NCBI GenBank assembly: GCA_017513085.1 | Contig: JAFWDK010000019.1 | Span: 224,146 to 288,145, forward strand | Reading direction: 5' to 3' | DNA: 64,000 nucleotides | Source: Clostridiales bacterium | GTDB lineage: Bacteria; Bacillota; Clostridia; Saccharofermentanales; Saccharofermentanaceae | Part shown: positions 19,156 through 30,153 of the stretch, one piece after another | How positions within the stretch are numbered: position 1 is the first letter of the stretch | Layout: every line of letters starts with the position of its first letter | The notes under the pieces: generated by a model | Databases searched by the model: none | What the model was told of the DNA's origin: nothing | Seen by the model: only the letters and a program-made list of their open reading frames with translations | Translations under genes and position numbers: made by a program

Positions 19156-19254
19156 CTCTGGCTAACCACATCTAACAGGCGCATTCAAGCACAAGCAGAC
19201 AACCTCCTTACGACAGAAACGATAGGAAAGCAGGTTTTCACCTGCTCAAGCCAC

Positions 19255-20553
19255 TCACGAAGTGAAACTGCCGTAGTTTTCGATTGCTTCGTCTATAGTC
19301 ATCTCGCCGGTTGCGACAAGATAACCCGCCATTCTCAACTGGATCACCGCATCATCCGTCAATCCGATCACTTCCGGCGACAGGATCCGGGATTCCGGAA
19401 CGGCTCCGAATTCCGCATACATATTATTGAAAGACAGATCTTTCGTCGGAGACATGAGTCCTTTGTTCTGCGCCATCTCATTCAGCTCCGGCGTCGTGAT
19501 CAGGAAACGCATAAATTCGTTTGCCATCGCCAGATTTGCACTGTCTTTATTGACGGAAAACTGCAGGTTCGGCATATCCAGGAAATACGAACCCTCATCC
19601 GTCACCGGGATCGGAGCAAAAGCATATGCAAAAGGCTTCGCGATAAAAGCTTCCGAGCGGCTTTCCCGCTTTTTGGTGCCGGAGACGGTATCTCCGGAGC
19701 AAGCCATCATGGGGACATCGCCCTCGAAGAAACGAAGGATCACGGCATCGTAATTATTCTCGATTGCTTTACAAGCCTCCAGATCCACGCAATCATCGTT
19801 AACAAACTGCACGAGTTTCTCAAGCGTAGGCCGCATATACTCGCCGGCCGAAGCGTCCAACGAATTAAGCTTCTTTACCGCCTCGGCGTCATTCGCCACA
19901 CTTCCGCAGAAGTACGGATAGTTGACCAACGAGAAAATCGAGGTCGTCTCTTTCTGCACGAAACCCATCATCGGGTTTTTATATCCTTTGGCTCGAAAAG
20001 CACTGCACACTTCGACCAGTTCTTTGTACGTCGTGGGGATGTTCAGACCTTCTTTTTCAAAAAGGTCCTTATTCACCAGCATGCCGTACGTGTTCGAGAA
20101 GACCGGCACCATCGGCAGTGTACCGTTTTCTGTGTTGAGAATAATGTTTTTGCGGATGCAGCCCAAGTCCAGTCCCAGTGCAGGATCTGCCAGGTTTTCC
20201 GCATGATCGATCGATGCTTTATATTGCTCACGGCCATACATCCAGGAATAATTGACGTAGATGTCAGGGGCATCGTTTCCGTTCAACACCGTGCCGATCA
20301 TGTTGTTATAGTCATCCACTTTGGTATAGACCAGTTCCACATTCGGATAATACTTGTTGAAACGGTCGATCTCGGTCTCCAGCGCTTCGAAATTGTCGTA
20401 CCCGCCGGCAATTCGGATATGACATTTGACAGAAGTATCCAACGCCGGCTGGAATCCTTCCTCCACCTTCGCTTTCTTCTTGCCCGAGCTGCACGAAGCC
20501 GAACCCAGCACCATCAAAGCCGTCAAAAACATACATATTGTCTTTCTCATCAT
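19255..20553 (-). CDS. ABC-type solute-binding lipoprotein
   Basis: Lipobox GSASC; [33 protein letters not shown]. Confidence 0.85.
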   Translation of the reverse strand: MMRKTICMFLTALMVLGSASCSSGKKKAKVEEGFQPALDTSVKCHIRIAGGYDNFEALETEIDRFNKYYPNVELVYTKVDDYNNMIGTVLNGNDAPDIYVNYSWMYGREQYKASIDHAENLADPALGLDLGCIRKNIILNTENGTLPMVPVFSNTYGMLVNKDLFEKEGLNIPTTYKELVEVCSAFRAKGYKNPMMGFVQKETTSIFSLVNYPYFCGSVANDAEAVKKLNSLDASAGEYMRPTLEKLVQFVNDDCVDLEACKAIENNYDAVILRFFEGDVPMMACSGDTVSGTKKRESRSEAFIAKPFAYAFAPIPVTDEGSYFLDMPNLQFSVNKDSANLAMANEFMRFLITTPELNEMAQNKGLMSPTKDLSFNNMYAEFGAVPESRILSPEVIGLTDDAVIQLRMAGYLVATGEMTIDEAIENYGSFTS

Positions 20554-23105
20554 AGTCCTCTCCCCCTCTTGGCCCTACGGATCTCCTTGATAACCAGTTT
20601 GACATCGACCGGCTTCGCTATATGCCCGTTCATCCCTGCATTCAGGCATTCCGTAATATTCTCGGAAAAAGCATCCGCGGTCATCGCCACGATCGGGATC
20701 GCCGCCGCCCTGGGTCTGTCCAGTTTCCGGATTTCCCGTGTCGCGTCGAGGCCGTTCATCTCAGGCATCTGTACATCCATAAAGATCAGTTCATAACTGC
20801 CTTCTTCTGCTGTGCGCATCTTATCCACACAGATCCGCCCGTTTTCTGCCCGCTCGGTCGTGATTCCGAACATGGAAAGCATGGCGGAAATGATTTCCCA
20901 GTTAATATCATTATCTTCGGCCACAAGGATGTTCAATCCCTTAAGATCGGAATAATCATCCTCCGGCTCGATCGATCCGGATTCTTTTCCCATGAGGTCG
21001 TTGATCTTATCGTAAAGCGTCGAACGGAAAAGCGGCTTACTGACAAATCCGCTTGCGCCGGCTTCTCTTGCTTCATCCTCGATTTCCGACCAGTCATAAG
21101 CAGAGATCAGCAAAACCGGAACATTCGCATCGATCTCCGACCGGATTCGTCTGATCGTTTCCAATCCGTCCATATCAGGCATTTTCCAGTCAACGATAAT
21201 AACATCGTAATCTCTCCCGGAAAGATGTCTGTGCTCGATCATACCGAGCGCTTCCAAACCCGTACCCGCCTGTTCCACGGATGCCCCAAGTGAAGCCAGG
21301 GTATCCGAGGCCGTCTGAAGCAATGTTTCATCGTCATCCACGATCAGGACATCGATCGGTTCCAGCCGCATCTCTTCGCGCTGTCTGTCAGCTACCGGGA
21401 TATCCAGGACCACCGTGAAAGTAGTTCCCTTTCCTTGCTCACTCTGACAATCGATCGTTCCACCGAGCAGTTCAACCATCTGCTTGGTGATGGCCAGACC
21501 AAGACCGGTTCCCTGAATGCTGTTCACACGGCTGTCAACCTGACGTGAAAACGGCGTATACATGTTCTCCATGTATTCCGGACTCATTCCGATACCTGTA
21601 TCGGCGACAATATACGTCAGCCGCACGCAACCCGGCTTCTCACTCTTCTCCTCGCGCAGATCCACACAGACACTTCCACTCGGCTCCGTGTATTTGATTG
21701 CATTTGAAAGAATATTGATATAGATCTGATTCAGACGGAGCTGGTCTGTATACAGGTATTCTTTTTCCATCTGATTAATGTGGAAACTGAATTCGATATT
21801 CTTCTCCTTGATCATAGGCTGAGAGATATTTACCAGGTTTTCGACAGTCTCCACGATAGAAAATGTCAGCGGACTCAAGGAGAGTTTTCCGCTCTCCACC
21901 TTCGATATATCCAGGATGTCGTTGATCAGCGTCAGCAAGTGATTCCCGGCAAGACTGATCTTCCGCAGGATCTCCTTCGTCGATTGCTCATCCCCCGGAT
22001 TCTTCTCGGCAATAGCCGTAAGACCGATGATTGCATTCATAGGCGTACGGATATCGTGAGACATGGTCGAAAGGAAATCCGTCTTCGCCTTATTGGCCGA
22101 CTCCGCTTTTCGAGCCGCGATCTGAAGACGCTTATTCAAATACAGCATATGGAACAGGTCACAAACAAAAAGGATCAGAAGCCCTACAGAAACCACACCG
22201 AAAAGCACCCAGTTACTGTTTCTCACGCGAAGGTCTTTGGACGGAACAAGTCCCAGGAGCGTCCAGCCTGACGCAGCCGATACAGGGGTATAAGCAAGAA
22301 TGCACTCCTCACCGTGAGAGTTGTTCATGGAAAGAGAACCTGTCGTGGAAGTGATTCTGGCGAACAATTCTCTCGACGATTCGGGATCCGACGGATTATA
22401 CGATTTATAAAACTCGAAAAAATCGGAATTCTTAAAGCTGTATCCTTTGAGGATATAATCACCATCGCTGTCGATCAGAGACAGCTCCGCATTCATAAGT
22501 TCAGTATGGAGGAAGAACCATTTCTCTTCCAGTTCCGAGATCGGTATCACACGCAAAAGCACTGCTTCCTTGGCTTTTCCGCTCTCCGTATCGTACAGTG
22601 TAACTTTGTTACAAAAGGCCAAAGACTGCTCTCCGTTCATCGGATTCGTGAATGCACGGGTGATGTTGATCGACTTTCCGAGATCATCGATCCAGTTCAC
22701 ATCGTCCAGCAGTCCCAGCCGCTGATAGGATACCACATAGTCATCGGTCGTGCCCAGTTTCGGCCGTGTAGAAAGACCATTCAGCGTGTCGAGCGAGATC
22801 AGATGCGCCGAGGCGGTCTCCAGCACATGAGAAGAACGGATATACGCAGCCGCCTCTTCTATGGGCATGTCTTTGCTGTTGATATAGCGCGCCCATACAT
22901 CACAGATCCTCTGCTCACCTTCCAGATAATTCTCCGTCACATGTTCCATGGTGACCGTTGTACTCTCGAAGTTTTCGATCTGTCTTTGGTAAGAACCAAC
23001 GTTTTCATATCTGGAATAGAGGACAACAAAAACAAGTATTGCAGCCATGATGATCACATTGACCACAATAATATAGAATTTCCTCATGTTCTGTGATGAT
23101 TGCAT
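20550..23105 (-). CDS. Hybrid sensor histidine kinase (TM-Cache-like sensor, HisKA, HATPase, two REC domains)
   Basis: [52 protein letters not shown]. Confidence 0.93.
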   Translation of the reverse strand: MQSSQNMRKFYIIVVNVIIMAAILVFVVLYSRYENVGSYQRQIENFESTTVTMEHVTENYLEGEQRICDVWARYINSKDMPIEEAAAYIRSSHVLETASAHLISLDTLNGLSTRPKLGTTDDYVVSYQRLGLLDDVNWIDDLGKSINITRAFTNPMNGEQSLAFCNKVTLYDTESGKAKEAVLLRVIPISELEEKWFFLHTELMNAELSLIDSDGDYILKGYSFKNSDFFEFYKSYNPSDPESSRELFARITSTTGSLSMNNSHGEECILAYTPVSAASGWTLLGLVPSKDLRVRNSNWVLFGVVSVGLLILFVCDLFHMLYLNKRLQIAARKAESANKAKTDFLSTMSHDIRTPMNAIIGLTAIAEKNPGDEQSTKEILRKISLAGNHLLTLINDILDISKVESGKLSLSPLTFSIVETVENLVNISQPMIKEKNIEFSFHINQMEKEYLYTDQLRLNQIYINILSNAIKYTEPSGSVCVDLREEKSEKPGCVRLTYIVADTGIGMSPEYMENMYTPFSRQVDSRVNSIQGTGLGLAITKQMVELLGGTIDCQSEQGKGTTFTVVLDIPVADRQREEMRLEPIDVLIVDDDETLLQTASDTLASLGASVEQAGTGLEALGMIEHRHLSGRDYDVIIVDWKMPDMDGLETIRRIRSEIDANVPVLLISAYDWSEIEDEAREAGASGFVSKPLFRSTLYDKINDLMGKESGSIEPEDDYSDLKGLNILVAEDNDINWEIISAMLSMFGITTERAENGRICVDKMRTAEEGSYELIFMDVQMPEMNGLDATREIRKLDRPRAAAIPIVAMTADAFSENITECLNAGMNGHIAKPVDVKLVIKEIRRAKRGRGL

Positions 23106-23284
23106 TCCCGTCTTCCTTCAAGCCCCGTCGAATTGATTCGAAATCTCCTGACTAAGCCACTGCCTAACCAAGTTTATTATACCATCGGGCACAGAAAGAA
23201 AATTTAACATTTCGGTAAACAAACTCTTGCCGAACCGTATATTTTCGGGGCTCAAAGCCGAACAAGACGCGGATCCGCCGCACT

Positions 23285-25027
23285 TTACTCCGTCAGCATC
23301 TCGTAGGTAACGCCGTATTTCTCGGCGATATCCTTGGCAAAACTCATACCCTCCGGCGGCGCGACCTCGACTTTGAAGGAACGCTTCGCGCCTTCGTTCT
23401 TCACGATGAGCGAAGAAGCTTTCACCTTCGCGTCGCCCTCATTGAGTGCATCGACATCGTAGGCAAGCTTATGCATGTGCGTGTTGTAGATCGTGCGGAT
23501 CCCCTTCTTCAGGATCGCACGCACGGAGTCCCTGGCGATGTAATATCCCTCTTCAAAAGAAGTCGTCGAGAATGTCTCGTTCAGGAGCATCAGGCTATCT
23601 TCCGTAGCCTCTGTGTAAAGCTCTTTGAAACGGACACACTCCTCGCCGAGTCTTCCGAGATCCATGGTCTTGTCTTCGTCGGCCGGGAAATGCGTCAGGA
23701 TATTGTCGACCGGCTTATATTCGAAACTGCTGGCCGGGACATAAATGCCGCTCTGCGCAAGGACGAAAAGAAGGCCGACTGCCTGCGTGATCGTGGTCTT
23801 ACCACCACGGTTCGCACCGGTCAGGATATAGACGGTGTGGTCAGAATCGAAGTCCAGATCGTTATAGACGATCTCCTCACTATGGTTCGAAGAGATCGCA
23901 AGCTTCAGGTTATAAAGACCACGCGCCTTCATGGTGAAACCATCGGCCAGTTCTTTTTCACTAAGAATAGACGCCTCACAGAATGGCATGCCTTTCTTCA
24001 GGTTGCCTTCGATAAACTCGGCGAAGCGGATATAGAACACGAACTCGGGAATGAGCTTGGAGATGTTTACGACAGCGACGTTCACGTATTTGCCGAGCGT
24101 GTCGCGAAGCTTCTTTACGAGCGTGTCGAGGAGTTTCGTGACGATCTTGCCAAGGTAGAATGTCGTGCTCTCGACGCCATCCCCCTTCGGGACCGCAGCC
24201 GTTGTGGCATGCGCATTGACCACGTTTTTCATGATGATGCCGCCTGTGGTGGCCTTGGAGTACATATCGGACAAGCGGTCCACAATGCCTTCGCCCTCCT
24301 CCGCTTCCGCAGGAGTGTAGTGCATGTCGCCGTCCCAATCGGTGCCCTCATGGAGTTTGTTCCGGGACTTCAGGGCATCGGCAAAATTACTGACGATATT
24401 GGACTTCTTAAAAGGCGTGTCGTTGATGGAGATCAGGCCGAGGGAACTGGCCTCAAAGCGCTCGTTGACGTTGATGCCGACTGTCACGCTCTTCACGCTG
24501 GTGGCTTCCGCCTTGACCTTCTCGATGTCCGCTTTCATCTCGGCAAAGAAAGAATCCGTGTAAACGGCGTTGATGTATTCTCGCAGATCCAGAAGGCCCT
24601 GGGATTTCAGGTCGGCATTGCCGAGGCAATCCTGCATGGCCTCGACACACTTAATGTAGTCGGAGATCTCATCGAGCTTATGGAGCAGATCCCAAAGGCC
24701 TATTCTCTCCGAGGAACCACGCTTCATGGTCTTAAAGTCCTTGATGTAGGAGATCTTATCGAGAAGTTCCATCATCTTCTTGCGAAGATCCGGTAGATTC
24801 AAAATGTCGACGAAGACCTTCTGACGGTACTCAGCGACACGCCGGTCCGTCGTAAGTTTCGAAAGGATGCCCATGATCAGGACGTCCTCCTTCGGTCCCT
24901 GGGCAAGGGTAGTACAAAGCGTATCCAGCGCCAGGTCGTGGCAAGCCAGATTACTGAGCTGCGTATATTCCGCTTCTTCGCTATATGGAAATAAAATACT
25001 GATAGGTTTATTGATGTCTACTGCCAT
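23285..25027 (-). CDS. MutS-related ATPase (domain V) protein lacking the mismatch-binding domain
   Basis: ILTGANRGGKTT, LAQSG, GRLGEE, LLNETFSTT, YNTHMH, SFAKDIA. Confidence 0.85.
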   Translation of the reverse strand: MAVDINKPISILFPYSEEAEYTQLSNLACHDLALDTLCTTLAQGPKEDVLIMGILSKLTTDRRVAEYRQKVFVDILNLPDLRKKMMELLDKISYIKDFKTMKRGSSERIGLWDLLHKLDEISDYIKCVEAMQDCLGNADLKSQGLLDLREYINAVYTDSFFAEMKADIEKVKAEATSVKSVTVGINVNERFEASSLGLISINDTPFKKSNIVSNFADALKSRNKLHEGTDWDGDMHYTPAEAEEGEGIVDRLSDMYSKATTGGIIMKNVVNAHATTAAVPKGDGVESTTFYLGKIVTKLLDTLVKKLRDTLGKYVNVAVVNISKLIPEFVFYIRFAEFIEGNLKKGMPFCEASILSEKELADGFTMKARGLYNLKLAISSNHSEEIVYNDLDFDSDHTVYILTGANRGGKTTITQAVGLLFVLAQSGIYVPASSFEYKPVDNILTHFPADEDKTMDLGRLGEECVRFKELYTEATEDSLMLLNETFSTTSFEEGYYIARDSVRAILKKGIRTIYNTHMHKLAYDVDALNEGDAKVKASSLIVKNEGAKRSFKVEVAPPEGMSFAKDIAEKYGVTYEMLTE

Positions 25028-25120
25028 GTCAGGCCTCCGGTGTCAAGAATTCTCATTTGACTCTATTATACCGCCAAATTCTGTTTCTTACCCGCCCGTA
25101 TCGACAATACTGAGCAAAAA

Positions 25121-25963
25121 TCACTCCTCGACTTCTTTAAACCACACCAGAAAACTGTCGCACAATAAAATGAATTCCGCGCTGCAATCTGCGCCATACT
25201 CCTCTTCGCCGTTAATGAGCACATCGTCATCTTCCAGCATTTTATCGTAAGCGTCCGGATCGGCAGAGCGGGCGATAATGTGTACGATCTCGAGTTTACG
25301 GAGTTCGTCGTCTTCGTGGTAATATGCATACGCCGTATCTCCGGCAGCATTATCGTCTTTCTTCAGGAAGTAATCGATCTGGCAATCTTCCCCTTCGTCA
25401 TAGGAAGACTTATCCCAGCAGTCTTCCAGATATTCCCGGCAAACATTTCCGTTTATCAGAACATCCATGATGTCATACTTCGGTTCCGGATCTGGTTCCA
25501 GAGCCGCCTCATTTCTTTTCTTTAACGCCTTTTTCTCATCAAAGTCAGAAGAAATATGGTTATAGTACTTCTGGAGAAGTGCGACGACGGTTTCTTTCTC
25601 CGAATCATCCATATTCTCAAATTCGACGATCAGCATCCAGCCCATATATCCGTTATACAGCCTCAGCACCTTCTCACCGCCGGGTGCTTCCCGATCGGCA
25701 AAGCGGCCCGTGACAAAGTTGTTTTCTTCCCAGTTTGCTTCGATCTCCCATGTGGAAAAAGCACTTACCAGTTCGTCATTGAGCGCTCTGACATCGACCT
25801 TGTCATACTTTGCGGCTTTATCCAAATAGTTCTCATAGATGCAGAGCCAGAAAAAAGCGATAGTCTCCTGATCACTTTCAAAAGCCTCATCGATCTTCCA
25901 GCAATAGATCTCATTTGCTATTTTTTGCGCCGCATTATCCGGATTCATTTTCTTCTTTGCCAT
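25121..25963 (-). CDS. Hypothetical acidic protein
   Basis: Long D/E-rich ORF; RBS GGAGG before MAKKK at 25963. Confidence 0.65.
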   Translation of the reverse strand: MAKKKMNPDNAAQKIANEIYCWKIDEAFESDQETIAFFWLCIYENYLDKAAKYDKVDVRALNDELVSAFSTWEIEANWEENNFVTGRFADREAPGGEKVLRLYNGYMGWMLIVEFENMDDSEKETVVALLQKYYNHISSDFDEKKALKKRNEAALEPDPEPKYDIMDVLINGNVCREYLEDCWDKSSYDEGEDCQIDYFLKKDDNAAGDTAYAYYHEDDELRKLEIVHIIARSADPDAYDKMLEDDDVLINGEEEYGADCSAEFILLCDSFLVWFKEVEE

Positions 25964-26052
25964 ACCCGAACCTCCCAAGTAAATCCAGTCGATTGTAGCA
26001 AAAAGAAGCCCTTCGTTTTTACTCAAATCCTACATTTTTCACACATAATTCA

Positions 26053-26832
26053 CTAAAAACCTGCTCCAAATCCCAGCCATTTCAGGACATGCTGAATGTA
26101 CTCATCCCAGAAGTCCCAGTCGTGGCGGCCTTCACCTTCTTCATAGGTGACATCCGCGCCTGCCTCTTTCAGTGCTCGGGCAATAGAACGGTTTGCCTCC
26201 AGAAGCTCATCTTGAAGTCCGCATGCCACATAAAAAGGAGGGAAACTCTTAGCCGGATCGTTCTTGATCTGTTCCATCAGGAAGCGCGGATTTCTGTCTG
26301 AATTTCTGGTCTTTTTCAGATCCCCGAAGTTCTTCACCTCGCCAACGGTATTTCCCTTCGTATTCACCCACTCTTCCGGATATTCATAGAAATGCAGTGC
26401 GCCCGACAAAATGGCGGCTTTCCCGAAAGTCTCACTATACTTCAGTGCATTTCGGCACGTGCCAAAGCCACCCATCGAGAGGCCGGCAAGGAATGTATCT
26501 TCCCTCTTATTGGAAAGCGGAAACATCTTCCGTGTCACTTCGACCAGTTCCCGTCCGATGTATTCGCCAAAATCCCCCAGGCAGCCGTCTTTCACGAGGA
26601 TGTCCATATAAAACGAATTCTCTCCGGATGGCATGACTACCGCAAGGCCGCTCTCTTCCGCCCATTTACGGATCCGGGTATAACTGAGCCAGCCGTTACA
26701 GTTATCTGTCAACCCGTGAAGAAGATAGAGAGTCGGATATGGACCGTCACATGTCTCTATTGGAAGAATGACATTTGCCTGCACGCTTCTTTTTAACGTT
26801 TCCGATCTAAAATCAATACTAATCAGAGCCAT
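26053..26832 (-). CDS. Alpha/beta hydrolase esterase (acetyl/tributyrin esterase type)
   Basis: LYLLHG, AGLSMGG, ACGLQD, GRHDWDFW. Confidence 0.9.
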   Translation of the reverse strand: MALISIDFRSETLKRSVQANVILPIETCDGPYPTLYLLHGLTDNCNGWLSYTRIRKWAEESGLAVVMPSGENSFYMDILVKDGCLGDFGEYIGRELVEVTRKMFPLSNKREDTFLAGLSMGGFGTCRNALKYSETFGKAAILSGALHFYEYPEEWVNTKGNTVGEVKNFGDLKKTRNSDRNPRFLMEQIKNDPAKSFPPFYVACGLQDELLEANRSIARALKEAGADVTYEEGEGRHDWDFWDEYIQHVLKWLGFGAGF

Positions 26833-26841
26833 ATATACCTC

Positions 26842-27486
26842 CTAAAAATTGTGCCAGTCCGTAATACTCAGTTCCTCATCGATCACCGCATATGCGCCGC
26901 ACAAAATGGCGCGGTCAAATTCATCCGAACACTGGAAGGATATCTCTCCATCGGCCAATCCGATGGTTTCAGGCGTGATATTTCCTAAGAAACAGTCGAA
27001 GTTAAACATTGGATAGAAGGATCGAAGCAAGCTCTCCAGATGCCCCTTAGGAATGCTTCCGTCATTCGGCGTTTCAAGATAAGGCGCCAGACTGTTCAAC
27101 CCTTCTCTTACCGGATTATAGATCTCTGCGATATCCTCTTCATTTCCGTACCGGAGATTCTCTTCAATAAACAGATCGTCGATCATCATAAAATCCGACT
27201 CGCAGCTGTCCATATCCGTAAAGACATAAAGAAGGAATGTCCCGTTAATGTTATCGATATTCTTCGAGATCTTCTCGGCAAAATCATTAAAATACTTATT
27301 CAGAAAATCGATCATTTCCTCGTCTGTACAATCCGGATCCAGGTTTTCCTCCACAATATCCCATTCCCTGATCTCTTCCGGAGAATCCAGGATCTCGATC
27401 TCCGAATCCCGAAATACACCGATATATCCAAGATCGATGCTTCCCGATACTTTTAACTCGTCATCTTCCAAATAGATTTTGATCAT
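26842..27486 (-). CDS. Hypothetical, highly acidic protein
   Basis: 214-aa ORF overlapping the upstream stop (translational coupling). Confidence 0.65.
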   Translation of the reverse strand: MIKIYLEDDELKVSGSIDLGYIGVFRDSEIEILDSPEEIREWDIVEENLDPDCTDEEMIDFLNKYFNDFAEKISKNIDNINGTFLLYVFTDMDSCESDFMMIDDLFIEENLRYGNEEDIAEIYNPVREGLNSLAPYLETPNDGSIPKGHLESLLRSFYPMFNFDCFLGNITPETIGLADGEISFQCSDEFDRAILCGAYAVIDEELSITDWHNF

Positions 27487-27908
27487 AACTGCTCCCTATG
27501 CTCGTCCTGGATTTCTTTTATCATTCTATCCTGTTTCTTCGCTTCAGCATATAGGCTGTAGTAATAGATCCCCGCAATGACGATATACGGGATCGTAAAA
27601 GACCTGAAATACTCAAGCCACCCTTTCGGACTGATCGGATCGAACAAGCTCATTATTGCAAGGAATCCCGCGCACAAAGCAACTACGATCGCGTATTCCA
27701 AAAGGATCATCACCAGCGGACTGAACTCAACAAAAAGCTTATGCAGGGACAGTACAAAAGAGGCGATCAGACAGAGCCCGAACATAATAAGTGTGTTCGA
27801 ATTACTTGTCTTCGTTCCGGTGACCAGATTGACGACCGCGCCCGACACGGAAACCATCGTATAGGATATGCAAATGTATAAAAGCAGTGTTTTCAAATAG
27901 TTTCTCAT
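27483..27908 (-). CDS. Four-TM membrane protein, partner of a LytTR regulator
   Basis: Hydrophobic helices; C-terminal K-rich tail; ATGA overlap with lytTR. Confidence 0.7.
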   Translation of the reverse strand: MRNYLKTLLLYICISYTMVSVSGAVVNLVTGTKTSNSNTLIMFGLCLIASFVLSLHKLFVEFSPLVMILLEYAIVVALCAGFLAIMSLFDPISPKGWLEYFRSFTIPYIVIAGIYYYSLYAEAKKQDRMIKEIQDEHREQL

Positions 27909-28378
27909 CCGATTTTCCTCTTCATAGTCTGCAAGTATTCATTGAAGGCTTTCTTATACGCGCGGTTGATGCAGATCCTTTCCCCGTTATCAAAACTGAC
28001 GTACACCTTCATGTTCAGATCTGGCTTCAGCTGCTTGATCTTATAGATGTTGATCAGGTTGGATTTCGAAACTCTCACAAAGCCATAATTCCAAAGCATC
28101 TCCTCGCAAGAGGCAAGTGTATTCATAAGCCGGAATACACCGGTTTTTGTATAGGCAAATAGCTTTCGGTCAACGAAATCAAAGTAGTAGATGTCATCCG
28201 GATCCAGAATAGTCTCCTGCCAATCATCCAGATCCTCATCCGCCGGTCTGCCCGAAAAGGACGGTCTTTCCGAATTCACGGAATCGATGATCTGCCGAAC
28301 GACCGGACGCATATTGGTAAAATACACATCCACGTGTTCTTCTTTACAGTTCTTATCTTCAAAAAGATTCAGCTTCAT
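27905..28378 (-). CDS. Stand-alone LytTR DNA-binding regulator (no REC domain)
   Basis: DIYYFDFVDRKLFAYT, FVRVSKSNLINIYKI, NGERICINRAY. Confidence 0.85.
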   Translation of the reverse strand: MKLNLFEDKNCKEEHVDVYFTNMRPVVRQIIDSVNSERPSFSGRPADEDLDDWQETILDPDDIYYFDFVDRKLFAYTKTGVFRLMNTLASCEEMLWNYGFVRVSKSNLINIYKIKQLKPDLNMKVYVSFDNGERICINRAYKKAFNEYLQTMKRKIG

Positions 28379-28386
28379 ATTCAAAT

Positions 28387-29094
28387 TCAGATTGCATTCC
28401 AGATAAATAGGAAGGCAAAAACGCACCCCCATGAGTTCTTCGTGTTTTTCCGCACCATCAGCATACCATATAACGCAATGAATGTAGTAACCAGATCCAG
28501 TATTCCCAATGCATCAAAGTGGATGGGGTGAAACAGTATTCCCACAATGGCCGCAACGAGAGCCCCTATGTCGAAGATCTTGCTCTCTCTCGGGTATCTT
28601 TGAGAAACATACTCCGCGATCACTGCATAATTGAAACCTTCGAAAAATCCCCATACAATAGCCACAACCAGTGTTCCGACGATCGTCGCCGGAATACCGG
28701 CCTTATGCAGGTCCGGTGTCACCATGATGCTGAGTGGTGCATATCCTGTAAACTGGCCAGACAAAACAACAAACGCGATATGCGGCACGAAACACAGGAC
28801 AGCTCCCGCTACAGCTTTCAAGGCATTCTTCTTTTTCAGTCCGAAACTGAGAAATGAAGTTTTGCGGAAAATGCAGACAACCGTGACGCCCAATCCCGCG
28901 ATCCCGAATTCCATCGCGCTAGCTGCGAGCAGCCTTGGCCACACAGAGATGCTACTGTCTTTACAAAAAGCATTCAGCTGCTTGCCGATCACTCCATAGA
29001 TGCAAAACACCGCCATAGAGATCAGTGCAATGATCCACAGATTCACTTCCAGTTTCTTTTGCTGAGGTGTCAATTCTTTCTTGTTCGTTTTCAT
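28387..29094 (-). CDS. Membrane protein, CPBP/Abi protease-like
   Basis: Multi-TM; WGFFEG, GILFH, NSWGCVFAFLFIWNA. Confidence 0.55.
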   Translation of the reverse strand: MKTNKKELTPQQKKLEVNLWIIALISMAVFCIYGVIGKQLNAFCKDSSISVWPRLLAASAMEFGIAGLGVTVVCIFRKTSFLSFGLKKKNALKAVAGAVLCFVPHIAFVVLSGQFTGYAPLSIMVTPDLHKAGIPATIVGTLVVAIVWGFFEGFNYAVIAEYVSQRYPRESKIFDIGALVAAIVGILFHPIHFDALGILDLVTTFIALYGMLMVRKNTKNSWGCVFAFLFIWNAI

Positions 29095-29170
29095 GTTGGT
29101 AATACTTCCTTCGTTCTTGATAGTATTACCATAGCAACATTCAGAAGCCCACATATGAAAATCCGCACAA

Positions 29171-29199
29171 GTTACACTCTCAGATGTCTATGTTGCACT
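29171..29199 (-). promoter_or_regulatory. Candidate LytTR direct-repeat site
   Basis: AGTGCAAC and AGTGTAAC (minus strand) at 21-bp spacing upstream of the operon carrying lytTR. Confidence 0.55.
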
Positions 29200-29216
29200 T
29201 TCGAACAGAAAGCAAA

Positions 29217-30050
29217 TCAATCCTGGTACTGTCTTTTGAACTCTTCACTGAGCTCGCTATGCAGCATGGTGAAGAGATCTGAGTACCGCAGCGTGGTTCC
29301 GCCTTCGTAGCGGACCGCCTTGACATACAAGGTCAGCGGGATCTCGTTTTCCTCCCACGAGATGCATTCATCGTTATGGCCGAGGATCTCTTCGCAGAGT
29401 TTCTTCGCATACGCCTCATCGGATGAGTCTGTAAGGATCACGAACTCATCGCCGCCGATCCGGAAAACGATATCCTCCGGTCCTGCCGCCTGCTCCATGC
29501 GTTTCATCGCGGTAATGATCGCCAGGTCCCCGGCTTTACGGGAAATCTCATTGATCGGGATCAGTCTCTTGATGTCTCCGAGAATCAGGAAACATCCTTT
29601 TCTTTCCTTAATACAATCATAAAGCTCGCTAATATCTACCTTTTTTCTGTCTGTCATACTTTCATCCTCCAATAGTTCCCGTTCGATACGATAGCCGGGA
29701 AACAGTTCAAATTCGGAGGGATTTTTTCGAAATTCCGAAGGCGATACTTGCCAGACGCTCTGAAAAGCTCTGGTAAAAGCTTCGTTGCTGCCATATCCGT
29801 ATTCTATGCCGATGTCCAGCAAAGATCGATCCGGATCCCTGGCAATCTCTTCGGACGCCTTGCTCATACGCCTGCGGATGATATAATCCCTGATACTGAT
29901 GTTGTTCACGTACTTGAAAAGCTTTTCTATAGTGGACTTTGAGCAGTGCAGATGTTCAGCGATAGACTCTGTCCTGATCGGTGACGCAAGATGATTCTCG
30001 ATATATTCCAACGCCTCGATCAGAAGCCCGATATTCTCCATGCCCATCAT
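29217..30050 (-). CDS. AraC-type HTH fused to a C-terminal GGDEF-like domain
   Basis: ALEYIENHL, YIIRRRMSKA, GYGSNEAFTRAF, then AGDLAI and FRIGGDEFVIL. Confidence 0.85.
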   Translation of the reverse strand: MMGMENIGLLIEALEYIENHLASPIRTESIAEHLHCSKSTIEKLFKYVNNISIRDYIIRRRMSKASEEIARDPDRSLLDIGIEYGYGSNEAFTRAFQSVWQVSPSEFRKNPSEFELFPGYRIERELLEDESMTDRKKVDISELYDCIKERKGCFLILGDIKRLIPINEISRKAGDLAIITAMKRMEQAAGPEDIVFRIGGDEFVILTDSSDEAYAKKLCEEILGHNDECISWEENEIPLTLYVKAVRYEGGTTLRYSDLFTMLHSELSEEFKRQYQD

Positions 30051-30153
30051 CCTTTCTATAACGATATCGTACTTTAATTATATAGAGGCATCAGAGATCG
30101 TTCTTGATAAAATGAGTAAAGATCCGTGCAAACTTACAATATGTGGCAGTCCT

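Noticed and set aside
18820-20796. 658-aa plus-strand ORF with 21-aa repeats
   Set aside because: It arises from the 63-bp repeat (a multiple of 3) running into the antisense of the SBP gene; no RBS and non-protein-like composition.
18721-23170. TGCCTAACCA at 18721 and 23161 as a target-site duplication
   Set aside because: A single 10-mer match is expected by chance in 64 kb, and there are no terminal repeats or mobility gene.
23471-24796. 441-aa plus-strand ORF, and similar long antisense ORFs at 16922-18022 and 41379-42302
   Set aside because: Shadow frames opposite well-supported genes with strong codon bias.
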